Source: the human T2T-CHM13v2.0 reference genome, Homo sapiens
Direction: 5' to 3' (one strand)
Length of the DNA: 64,000 nucleotides
NCBI RefSeq assembly: GCF_009914755.1
Contig: NC_060938.1
Shown here: in pieces, positions 14,091 to 26,929 of the stretch
Numbering within the stretch: the first letter of the stretch is position 1
Layout: the number at the start of each line of letters is the position of its first letter
Program-made: the position numbers and the translations under genes
Notes under the pieces: model-generated
Database searches by the model: none
What the model was told of the DNA's origin: nothing
What the model saw: the letters and a program-made list of their open reading frames with translations, nothing else

Positions 14091-17000
14091 CATTATCCTT
14101 TCCGCAAAGCTTTCCCTGACCAGCCCTTTTCACAGTGATCTCTCATTTCTCTCCATTCCCTTGGTGCAAATCTCTGTATTATTTAAGTAGTCATCATTTG
14201 CTCAGGGCTACTAAAATGTTACCTTTCTTCTAACACCTATGTCAAAACTTTTCACTAATGTATATTTTAAAAGTTTATTTGACAGTGTGTGACCTGGGGT
14301 GCTCCTTTTCCAGAAAATGTCCTGCAAACTAAACTCCCTAATCTTTATTAAGCCCTAGCAACATGAGTAACATGTTCAAAAAGGTCATTTTGAGTAAGAG
14401 GTTTATAACTCTACCCTAAAAGCTCTGAATTTTTGCTCTTTTTTCCTTTTCAAGTTAGCCCAGAAATATTCTTCATTCAGCTTTTCTCTTCATTTATGAA
14501 CCTTGGAATAAGCACATATTTCCTTAACTGCATAGTCAGTTGCCTCTCTTTTCCTGCCTGCACCATCCACAGATTGGCAGTCCTGTGTCCTAGTTGTGCA
14601 TGTCACTCTTCACATTTCAGTTATGCTCAGCATTGGGATTTGTTAACTGGGAAAAGCATGGAAGTGGCTGAAAATAAAAGCCCAGGTTTGTAAGAAATCC
14701 TGCCCACTTTTCCCTTTTCACACCTCCCAGGGCACCATAGCCCTCTAAGGAGTTACTGAAGGAGCCATTTCATCAAAAGTCCAGCAACAACTGCTTCATT
14801 TGAGTAAAAAAGCAGAGACAGCAAGGACATTTAGAACCCTAACATCAATCCATCGAGTTCAAGCCAGAGACACAATCTGGCTTTCATGGAGGAGATGAAA
14901 GGGTATGGTTGACAGCTTCCCTGGGTGGGAGGTAAGTGAAGCCTGAAGGCTGTTTCTGCTGAGTGTGCTTATTGTCAGGTGTCTGGAAACAAATCCCTAA
15001 AAATTGAGCAAGATCAAAGGACTCATCAAAGGACCATTCATCAAAGCTGGAACTCCATGCAGTGTCTGCTAGAAATCATGTCTCCTATCCACACCCAGGA
15101 AAATCTGCACAGGTGGAGACAGACTTCACCCCTGCTTATTGGTGTAAATCAAATAATATGCAAAGGGAAGAGGGGAAAAAAAGATAAAAGTCAGAAAAAT
15201 CAATGTCTCTGAGAGGTTTCAGGCCTTTTGAGACTCATAAGAAAAATGCTCACCTCCTTCTTCCTTCTTTTCCTAGGAAGACTCTAGCTAGCTCCAAAAA
15301 TAGGCTTATGGTTCTTACTATTTATAAAAGATAGCACCTTGAATGTTAGCAATAATATTACACAATGTACAATTAGATCCAGTCTCTATCCTGTGAGCTC
15401 ACATTCAGAAGCAATAAACCACTGAGATATAAATGAAAGACACAAAGGCCCTCAGGACCAAATATGTGCTAGTCATTTTACATATGTTTTCTCATCTAAC
15501 GTTTTCTCCCGCTGAGCTATAGAAGCATGGTGAACTTTGCATCCAACAGGGTACCTTGGGTGTAATAGGTACTCCAAGAATTGGAAGAAGAGAAGTTTGA
15601 CTTCAGTGAATGTCAGATGAAAACAGAGGGAGCTTGCCCTGATTACAGATGACAGGCAAATAGGCAGAAAAATGCCAGAGGCTACATCTACCCATAATGA
15701 ATTACAAAACCATGACTGGCAGACAAACTTCCCACCGCATTTTCTTGAGAAGTAGAATGCATGCTATGAAGGTTCAGGTTGGCTACAGATTCATAGCTGA
15801 CTTCGTATTGGAATTATCAATTCATAATCCTTCTCTATGTGGTCTCCAAGGCAAAGTGCCAAGTGGAAGAGGAACAATGGATGAAATGTTTCTCTCAAGA
15901 AAGAACTTGGTGAGACAAAGATGATGATTTTTATAGACTCAACGTTATGAGTCCAGATACATTTTTCAATAAAGACAAAAATAGAAGGCAAAGTTGGACA
16001 TTGCCAAACATTGTGATGCCTTTGCCATACAAATATTGTCTTAATTTTAAAAGCATTTGAGAAATGTGGTAAGGACCTCTACAGTAGTTTCCTGGTATTT
16101 TTTCCTAGAACAAAATTAAATGTTGTAGAATTTGAAAGAATCAAAAACCATAAAGCCTAATTAAGTTTTCAAGTGAGAACTGAGTTCTCTCAACTGAAAT
16201 CTTTTCATTAAGAAACTGGATCTTCATTTTTCACAATATTGGGGTCTTGGCTACAATTAGTCTTACTTTTCCTAATTGGTTTCAGGCAGTTTTCCAGGAA
16301 GTAACACCGGAATGCAAAATTAGGATGAGATCTTGCTGGGAGGGCAGTCACACCAGGAAGACTGTACCAAGGAGTAATCCCTCCAGGACATAAATCCACA
16401 CACTTCAGTGACACTGTCAGAAATGTTCTCAACAGACTTGCTACACAGCCACCACCAGGGGTGGGGTGGGGGGTTGTCACTGCCTGTCAGACACACAGTT
16501 TTTACTTTGGTTTCTTAGGAAAATAGTACACACCCTTTCTGCTTCCTACTGACAGTGAATTATTCTGCCTGGGCTCAAGCAGAGAGAGGCTGACTGGGTT
16601 GGGAGCACTCAGCTACAGCCTATTAAACTGAAGTTGCCTTTAATGTTGGTTAATGACAAGGAAAACCCTGTGTTTCCATCTATCTATATAGCCAAACTCA
16701 GATACAGGAGGAAGTTTGTGCAGAAAAATGCTTTCATTTTACAAATTTCAATATTTTCCCAGCTTCTCATCTATAAATGCTTGAAAACATGTGATAAATG
16801 TAAAAATCTGACTTGAAAAAATTATTAAATCTATATTCTATGTGAGTTCAAGTGTATGCACACATGTTCACATACCCACAAACAAAGTAACTTTCCTGGA
16901 GGTCAAACTATAGGCAGCATTGTTAGGCAAAGGAGGCAACATACCTTTCCTCCCACTCTGTATCATTATCATTGGCTTTAGCATTTAAGTAGCACTGCAC

Positions 17001-18555
17001 TTTTGGCTGCTCTTTAGAACCATACCTGTCATCTGGCCCTCAGAAATAATTTGCTTTTGGGGTTCAAACCAGAGAATGTCAGTTTGCAAATGAGACACAG
17101 AGAGGTTAGGTTCTTTGCTCAACATCTCAAATCAAGAAACAATATATGAGTACATACCTTTTAAGTAAGAACTGAGAATAAATTATGTAACCATCATATT
17201 CCCAGCCCCAGTTGTTAACCAGTTAAGTCATATTTCCTAGAAAATTTTTCTGGCCAATTCTATAGCAATTTCATTACTCATTTTGTATCTTTTTGTTTAT
17301 TCACTATTGTAATCAGCCCCAGGTGCTTCTAACATGAATTTTCTGATATGAAATAATATTGATATGAAAGACTGCATACTTGGAATTATCCCTATGTTGG
17401 TCATATGAAGCCTAATTTTTTATTTATTTTAATATTCAAAGGCCATATCCATATCTTAATTGTCTAAGTCAACTGACCTAATTATAATGTCATATTTTTA
17501 ATGTTTGTTTAATTATTTTCAGTAAAAGTTGATAATTGTGTATGTCCTTGTCACACAGTTTTAAAACAGGCAAAGGAACAATTTCAACTTCTAGTAATTT
17601 AGTGTTGGCCTTTAATGGAACAGTAAAGAAAAAGACAAGCAAACTCAACATCATGTGCCATGATTTGTCAACTGTAAAGCATCACACAAACGTATGTTCT
17701 TGTTGATGATGAGGTACTGATAATGATGATGATGAAGAAGAAGAAACGGTTGTATCTGCAGAGAAGCACCAAGCTTCACTATAGTCTTTAATTGTTAATT
17801 ACGTAGACAATTAGTCTTGACTAATCTCAAATTGGTTTTGAAAATATTAGAGGTATAACATGTCTGGCTGCCTGGGCTGGAAGTATAAGCTCCTAACTGA
17901 AAATAAGCTGACCACATAGCATGTACTTTATTGCAATGAAAGGAACTCAGTCACTTACCTTTTCTTTGATCCTGGAACTTACCGAATGGCAGGAAGACTC
18001 AGAGTGTCATGAAATCTAACTGGAAATAACCTGGGACTACTTGTTCTTTTTTTGCATAGGATGCTGAAAGCACCTGGTTCCTTTTCAAAATCAGAATAGC
18101 CAATAACCTACAGTGATTTAACCTGGTATAAAATGTGAGCATTTTGAACTCAGATTTAATTCATCAAAGATTTCCTATCTGGAATTCTACAGCAATCAAG
18201 AAAATAAGTACAAACTTAATGTCCCTCAGGCCTAGCCAATCAGGTACAAATTAAACAACAAGCTACAAATAACTTACTCTGGTTTCTTTCTCTGTGCTAT
18301 TTCCATGAGTATTTGTACAGATAGCCTAAGTTGTCCCATAAGTGGCCTGCGAAGAGTGCTTTCACCCCATTCTGATGTCTTCCTTTCCGGTGCAACACCC
18401 ATCCCACCATTGCCTTCAGGTATTTGTTTCCTTAACTCAGGCTGTAGCCTCCCACTCCACCGCCCCCACACCCAGCATCTTTGATACCTAGCTCAAGTCA
18501 GTGACTCTAAATAACTGGCTAACTGATCAACCAGCCACTCCTAGACATGAGTAAG

Positions 18556-18805
18556 GCTGTGCAGTGTGGTAAAAGGGCCACAGACTCTGGAGCCAGGCTC
18601 TGCAGGGGTTCAAATCTCAGCTTTGCCAGTTTTCAGCTACTTCAGACAAGTTACTTAACCTCTCTTTGTCTCAGCTTCTTATTCTGTAAAACAGACATAA
18701 TAAAATTGTCCTCTCATGAGATTGTTGTAAGGATTGAATTTGTGAATATATGTAAAGTGTGTGGAGTGAAGCAGTACCTAGAATATACAGTAAGCATTGT
18801 ACAAG
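18556..18805 (+). mobile_element. MIR, near full length
   Basis: cagactctggagccagg...ggttcaaatctcagct...caagttacttaacctctc...tctgtaaaa...gattgttgtaaggatt. Confidence 0.9.
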
Positions 18806-19775
18806 TCGAAGATCTTTTCATTAATAAGGGCAAGTGTTGAAAAACCTTGCTGATGTCCCATTTTCTGAAAAAATTCCCGCATCCCTTTGTATAGGCAGGC
18901 AGCTCTCTAGATACCTATGACCCCTGACAACTCTCTGGCCCTCCTTACACACTACAGATAGGACCACAGCCACCAGGGTCTCTAGTCCCTGGACTCTGTC
19001 CTTCTTCTAGCTATCATTCACATACCTCCCAATGAATCCCTCTGGCCACCACCACTCACAAGTGGCCCTAGAATAGATAAAGATTTGAATAAAATTTTAT
19101 AGGGCAGTGAAGAAAAAAAGATTGCTAATATTAATAGAGAACTAAAGCAAGTCCTCTTGTCCATCTCCTGTCTGAATATTCCACAGAATAAATACCCTAG
19201 AACTCAACTCAGTCTTTGCCCAGAAATGCTTTCCCTTCCGCATCATCTGTTGCGTTACTCTGCACAGATGTTCTGCCCCTCTCCTCCTCATTGGCAGAAA
19301 CACCCATCCAGCTCTTCTCTAGCCAAACTCTGTGGTTTACTTTGAGGATGGATCCCAACTATCCCCATTAAGCTTTTTACCTCTCTGAAAAGCCCTAAAC
19401 AAGCCCACTTTCCCCCTAACATTTCCTACAGGTAGAAATTTAAAGCCCTATAGAATTGGGGAGCAGAAGAGGGGAGCAGCAGAGGCCAGCAGAGAAATTA
19501 TCCTGGGCAAGTTGGATTCATCTTTCACCCCAAAGGCATCCCTCTCTCCTTAAATTTCTGACCAGCCTGTTTCTGAAGATGTGCCAACATATTTGTTGCT
19601 TACACTCTTTTCATAGAAAAAAACAGAAGGAAGATTGTGGCCAGGAACAATAAATATGACAGGCCCAGTTTGAAAACTAACTTTAGGGTAACACTTTAAA
19701 AAAAAATAGCAAAGATTGGAGAGCAGATACCAGCATGCAAAGTGTTTGTCATTTCCTATTTTTAAAAGTTGAATA

Positions 19776-20412
<637 letters not shown>

Positions 20413-21435
20413 GTTTAATAACAGGTCATAAGGCCTTGTATTGCACCAACTACCTATCCTAAAATATGTGTGTTCTACCATGAGGAGGAAGTAGAAAATA
20501 TGTGTGTTTGAAAAGGAAATCTTGAGACCCTTCAGGATCCTCAAAGTCTCTCATTATATATTTTTTTAATTTTGTCACTTTTTAGCAATTATAGCTTTAA
20601 AAATAATATAAACATATTTGGATCACAGTCTTCTAAAATCTTAAAACCCACTAAAGATTGCAAATTGCATAAAAACAGTTCCTTCTTTAACAAAAAGTAT
20701 GGAAAAATATATAAAATAAACTCTAGGCTAACAGATGCAGATAAGCAAATGGAAGCCAAAATAGAAGTATCTTTGAATTTGTTCTCTCAAAAATTTTATG
20801 AAAATTCTCCAATTTTTTAGACAACGTAACTTTCTCAAGCTTTACTCAGAATTTTTTGGGAAAGACATTGTCCCACCTCACACCCAATTTAGGTGATTCT
20901 CATAAGAGTAGTTTCCAAGGTGCCATCTCTTCATCTCATTAGACTTAACTGAGTCTAGTAACCCAGAGTTCAACAATAGCTCCACCTCTAATTGACCTTG
21001 TAATTTCTCTGAGATTCCATTTCCCACTTGTAAAATGGAGATGATGATTCAAAATAAACCTTTATAAACTCCAAAGTAATACTTTCTTTCTAAGACAATT
21101 TACTGTTCCAAGGGGCATGTATAGCCTGGAAAGGTTACAGGGACAAATACTCAATTAACTTTTTGTATTTACTCCTTCAAACTATTTTATTGAAAGAAGC
21201 ATCCCTCTCTTCTGCTTGAATTCTTAGAAATAATGGAAGGTTCTTACAATTTGTGTGGAGAGGGGAACAGCTATTCCCACACAAGCATTTTGTAGGGCTA
21301 AAAAGGCCAATCAAAAGAGGGACTTATGGGTTATAAACTAAATTAAGATCCAGAACAAACAGGAAGATGATTATTTCTTTCATCACAACTTCCATCATAA
21401 ACGTCTTCTCCTCCATTCATGGATGGACTCTACTG

Positions 21436-23001
21436 TTTGTTCAATGAATATTGATGATCCCAGGCATTGTTCTTGGCCCCAGACATTCAGAAGTGACAAA
21501 ACCGATGCCCTGCTCTCATGGAGCTTAAGTTCTAGTTGTGGGAGGGGGTGGGAACAGACAATAAATAAACATGTTAAGAGGTGCTAAGTCATACAAAGAA
21601 AAATAAAGCAAGCATTGGGAGTACAGCAGGATGGAGGTGGGGGAGGCTGCTATGTTAGACAGCGTGGTTGTTAGGCCTTTCTCATTAGGCAACGTTTCAG
21701 CTGAGACTTGAACAGAGAGAGGCAGCAAGTCAGTCAGATATGTGTGGGCAGCATATCCCAAGCAGAGGGAACAGTCATACAATCTTGGAGGCTACAAGGT
21801 GCTTGGTATGTTCTGCAAAGAGTTAAGAGGTCAGTGTGCCTGGAGAAGGTGCAGCAAATGGGACAGTGATGGCCATAAGGCCAGGGCGGTGGCAGACAGC
21901 CAGATGGTGTGGAGTCTTGCAGGCCACGGTAAGAATGTGTGGGTTTTGCATTTTACTTAGAGTGAAAAGAGAAGAGATTACAGATTGTTGTGCAGAGAGG
22001 CAACATGATCTGATTTATATTTTTTAAAAATTTCTCTGTGGAGTATATATTGGGGGAGGGGAGCAAGGGTAGAAGCAGGGAGAACTATTAGGAGGCTATT
22101 ATACTAGTCCAGTGAGGGATGATGATGGCTGGAATTACCATGGCAGCAGTGGAAGTGGCAGAAGTGAGAATTCTGATTATATTGTAAAGATGCTGTCCGC
22201 AGGGTTTGCTAGTGGACTGGGTGTGCAGCAAGAGAGAAAAGAGGGGACAACGAGAACTACATCAACTAGGAGAGTGAGAATGGTGATGTCATTCCTAAGA
22301 AGGGGAAGCCTACAAGAGGAGTTAGTTTGGCAGAAGGGAAAATAATCAAGATTTGTTTTAGACATGGTAAGTTTGAGCTGCCGGTTAGAAATCTAAGTGG
22401 AGATGTTGAGGTAATTTAATATGTAAGATTCAATTTCCCCACCTGTAAAAAGTTCAAGAGAAAGATTTGGGCTGGAGATAGAAATCTGGACATCATTAGG
22501 GAAAAGACTGAATGTGCAAGGTTGCTGGACTTAGCAAATAAAAATAAAGGACTAAGAATTTATTGGTTGCTTATCTGAAATTCAAATTTAACCGGGAATC
22601 CTGTAGTTTATCTGTCAGTCCCATGGGTGGGGCTGGCTGAGATGACATAGAAAATTAGTGTGGATAGAGGGCCCAAGAATTGAGCCCTGGGGCACTACAA
22701 TGTTAAAAGATCAGAAGGAAGAGGAAGAAGCAGAAAAGGGAAATCAGAAACCAGACTGTTCCAGGAACCAAGAGAAGAAATTGTTATAAGAAGGAAGGGA
22801 GTGATCAACTATGCCAGATTCAACTAACAGCATTATAGATTTGATAAAATGGGGGTGGCAGGGGAGAAGGAAAGTTTGATTGGAATGGGTTTGAGAAAAA
22901 AATGGGAAGAGAGAAACTAGCAAGAACAAGGACAGACACATTTATAGGGCAGTAGCTGCAGGGTGATTTGGGGTCAAAATAGGTGGGGCTTTTTGAGATA
23001 G
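21436..23001 (-). mobile_element. L2, 3' portion; interrupted by MER53 and then by the pseudogene
   Basis: Reverse L2 hallmarks: gccctgctctcatggagctta, ttaggaggctattatactagtccagtgagggatgatg, ttgagccctggggcactacaatgtta, ggaagggagtgatcaactatgccagat. Confidence 0.88.
22517..22624. mobile_element. MER53 (hAT) with internal deletion
   Basis: ggttgctggacttagcaaataaaaata...ttatctgaaattcaaatttaaccggg; homologous to 54585-54728. Confidence 0.75.
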
Positions 23002-24266
23002 TGGTCAGCAGCTGGGGCAGGTGACTGAAATGGTGTCCTGTCCCCAGAGTGGCCATGCACCAAGAAGTTGGTACTCTCCTGGTACACAAACACAGAGCTT
23101 CAGCATCCAGGTAAGTGTGGAAGAGCCACAGTGGGTCCCGGACCAAGAGTGTCCAAGATGTGCGCAGTACAACATCAAGTTTGACTTTATCCCCCAGAAA
23201 GCACCACTGCCTCTGGAGTGGAAAGTGCTTCTGCATAGGTCCCTTGCCCGAAGATATCTGGTGAACCCTCTATGGCTAAGCCCAAAGGTTACTATTTTCT
23301 GTGACTCTCAAAAAATCAGAGAAATTGGAAACAATGGTTTGTTGCCTTTTTAGTAATCAGAGACCTTGTTTCTACATACAGATAGCCATTGTGAAACTGA
23401 AATTACTTATTTCTACTGCTCAGATACTTAGGGCATCAAAGCATCAACAACAGGTCCTAGGAATATTCTTGCAGTATTCAGTGGCATGAACAGAGGATCT
23501 GACCCAGATGAAGGGGGCACCTGGTGGAGAATGGAGGTCCAACAAAAGGTAGTCAGCAGCAGGATTGGCAACCACTTGCAGGGCAACCAGGTGCTTCCAT
23601 GAATCATGGGAATAGAAACTCCAGCAGCATGGGATGAGAGGCCGCAATGAGTCTGGTAACCTGCACTGACAAAGCCAATTTGGCACTATGCACCTGCACC
23701 CTGTATCCTTATAGACAATGGATCCTATCAGTGCTGAGAAATACAATTCAAAAATTTGTGGAAACAGAGGTGTCAGAGTCCTTAGGCAGTATGTATGTAT
23801 TTTATTATTCATCTATCAGCTTCACCTTTAAGAATGTGTAGATTATCTTTCTGACACTTTCTTGGGAGTGGGAAAGTCTAAGCTATACTGCTCCTGAACT
23901 AACTTTAACATTATCTGTATCAAAGTTATATAATTTCCTAAGTTTACTAGAAGTTGGTGGCCCATCAATGTGCATTTTACTAATTCTTTCACAGAAACCT
24001 GGTAATAGCTCCTGTTTCTGCTTCATGTTGGAGTCTATTCAGTTTTAAATATAACAATTAACAAGGTTTGCTTTAGCTTGTTTTACAGAATGTCTGTTTA
24101 CTATGTCACTAATTTTGGGCTTTGTACAAATGTTTTATACTTCACCAAGAGAAATAATCCAGCTTCATGTTTTGTACCTTTTCACATAATATTTCCCCTT
24201 ATTAAAATGACTATATAAAAGTTTGTTTATAAAGCTTTTGACCAACACCTATGTTGAAAAATTATT
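23002..24266 (+). pseudogene. ZFYVE21: Processed pseudogene of ZFYVE21 (FYVE zinc finger protein); decayed CDS ~23030-23615 plus probable 3' UTR
   Basis: Across frameshifts it reads [107 protein letters not shown]..HESWE*. This is colinear with ZFYVE21 as I recall it ([101 protein letters not shown]). No introns; A-rich end at 24257-24270. The symbol names the parent gene. Confidence 0.9.
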
Positions 24267-25380
24267 AAAAGATGGAATTTTGCAATATGTTTTTATGCTG
24301 GTGGTAATGATCAAGTAAGGAGAGAGAAGCTGGCCATGCAGGAAAGATAATGTGAAATTGTTGAAGTGTTGTCCTTGAGTAAGTGAAGTTGGGGGATGTG
24401 CAGAATCCAGTATACAACTTGAAGGATTCTCCTTCTGAGGCACAGGGATAGTTCACCCACTGCAAGAACAGTAGAAACTGGTTTGTGGATACAGATGCAG
24501 CTAGATTATGGGTTCTGGTGTGAAAGCCTGTGAAATTTCTCTTCTGATTGCTTGTAAACTCTTAGTGAAATAAGAAATTAGGTCATGAGGCAAAAGTGAA
24601 GAGTAGGGAGGAATGTTAGAGGTTGGAGGGAAGAGAAGACAGTATGAGATGTTGGTCTAGCAGGGAGGGAGGGTATGAATTGACTAGGGAGATGCTGTAA
24701 GATTGCCTCACCTCATGATCCACCTAAGGTTTGTGGTAACGAACTCAGAATAGGATGATGGGAATAGAAAGGAGCAAGAGAATTGAAGATGCATGTGAAA
24801 AAATTACTCTGGTAGTGGGCTATAGAGTCTAAGCTTATGCTATGGTCTGAATGTCTGTGTCCCACCAGAACTCATATGTTGACACCTAATCCCCGATGTG
24901 CTGGTATTAATAAGTGGGACTTTTGGAAGGGGACTAGGTCATGAGGGTGGAGCCCCTGTGATGGGATTAACGCCCTTATGAAAGTGGCCTGAGGGAGCTT
25001 GTTCGCTCCTCATAGATGGTGCCCTCTTGCTGTGAGGATGCAGCAGAGAGCCCTGACTAGACTGAGTCTGCCAGCACCTCCAGCCTCCAGAACTGTGAGC
25101 AATAAATTTCTGTTGGCTATACATTACCCAGTCTAAGGTATTTTGTGATAGCAGCCTGAATAGAATAAGATAGCCTATTAAGGAGGGAAGTAAAGACAGG
25201 AGGGGAGGAAATGATCAGTGCAAAGGTGATAGGGACAAGGGTCCAGGAGTTGTTGGAATCAGAGTATTAGAGGGAATGCGCTGGAAAAATAGGAGATGGT
25301 GGTAGAAGATCTGGATGTTTTAAATTGATATAATATGGGGTAGGGGGGCATTTCCATAAACACTTTCATGACTTGCCATT
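24267..25380 (-). mobile_element. L2, continuation of 21436-23001, split by MLT1A
   Basis: aagatggaattttgcaatatgtttttatgctggtggtaatgatc continues the L2 from where the left part stops; ttctcttctgattgctt motif. Confidence 0.75.
24838..25172 (+). mobile_element. MLT1A/MLT1A0 solo LTR
   Basis: TGCTATGGTCTGAATGT...cagcctccagaactgtgagcaataaatttctg...TAAGATA; TSD GCTTA/GCCTA. Confidence 0.88.
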
Positions 25381-26394
25381 ATTTCTAAGGCCAAATAAAA
25401 ATCAACTGGATGTTGCCTAAGAATCCTGCACAAATGGTGATGAGCGTGTTTCAAAAATCTCCCCCTCCTCCCTCTCTTCCTTTCTTTCCCCCTTTTTCTC
25501 CCAAACTCTATACAGCCCCCATTCCATTGAGACTTTTCCTCTCTCTGTTTCTCTCTACTTTCTCTCTTATAATTTTGAAAAGGAATATAACTGCTCAAAT
25601 TTGAGTTTAACTGAAACAGACGGAAACGAATGCCTGATGAAAGAGCATCTCTCCATAGTACTGAAGATGTAGAAAAAAAAAACATAAAAAGAGCACGCTG
25701 CTGATAGAAGCTGAGAGAAAGAACACAAGAAATAGTTGTCTCTGACATTTAAGCAAGCCTGATGCTGGGTGTTTTTAGATTTATGTGACTGATAAATAAT
25801 ACAAGTTTCCCTGTAGAGGACAAATCCAAGTGAAAAATAACTGACGAGAAGAGAGGTATGTGGTTAGTAGTCTCAACAGGAAAGCTGAGCTATCCTGAAA
25901 TTCAAGATATAAAATGTCTATTTTTTACCTAGAATATTGTACCCTTGGCAATTAAATTGTTTTCCAATTGCCTCATCTCACTTTCTCTGAAAAGCCAATA
26001 ATGGATTTAAATCTCTATCCAGGTAAACTGAGGTCCTACCTATTAGGGAAGAAAAGTTTAATTCACTTTTAGAAGGGGTTAACCTTGAAATATTCCTTCA
26101 TTAAGAAAATTTTTCTACTTTTCAAAACCTTTCTATTTTCTTTCTCATTCAAACATTTCAGCAAAATTCTTCTCTGCATCTGGCATTTCCAAGCAGGGGA
26201 GCATTTCTCAGAGAAGGGGTGTGGAGATTGCTGTCCTTTTCCCCAAGAGTGATCTGATTTCAAAAGTGGGAAAAAAAAAGCCATTCTTCTTCTTTTTTTT
26301 TTTTAATGAGGGAGAACACAAAGGAAACATCAGGTGAGACAATCTGGAGACATGAAGCTGCCTGAAACATCTGGGGCGCTGCAAAAAGAAAAAT

Positions 26395-26510
26395 TTCTTT
26401 CTAACTTTTAGGTTCAGAGGGTACATGTGCAGGTTTGTTACATGGGTAAATTGCATGTTGAGGGTGACTGGTATACACATTTCATCGCCCAGGTAATAAG
26501 CATATTACCC
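26395..26510 (-). mobile_element. Short 3' end of an older primate L1 (L1PA13-16/L1PB-like)
   Basis: ttttaggttcagagggtacatgtgcaggtttgttacatgggtaaattgcatg. Confidence 0.8.
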
Positions 26511-26929
26511 ACCCTGCTCTGGCCCACCAGCCCCACTCCCTGGGTACAGAGTCACACCCACTCACCCTTCCACCAACAGTCCAGGTCACACAACAGCAGT
26601 CAGTGTAATAGACTGCTACATAAACACTCAGTCTCACAATCACCTGTGGGTTTTTGGTTCCATTCAACTTGGGTTTTTAACTTTACAGGGTCAGCTCTGC
26701 TTCACCCCTGCTTTTGTATGGAGTTCCATCTGGGGGGATTTCGCCCCCTGTTCCAGTCCTGAGGCCTCCTGACCCTGACATTGTGATACACTCCACAGAG
26801 ATCTGTTTCTTACATTATTATTATTGGAAATAATTATTGTAATATTATTATGTAATAAATTTATAAGAAAAAATCCCAACAGGATTCATTTTTACACTAA
26901 AAATTGAATATTTTGACATTTGTATTTAA

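Noticed and set aside
25320-25748. 142-aa minus ORF with several acceptor-like sites
   Set aside because: Low-complexity purine-rich translation running into L2; no canonical donor or homology.
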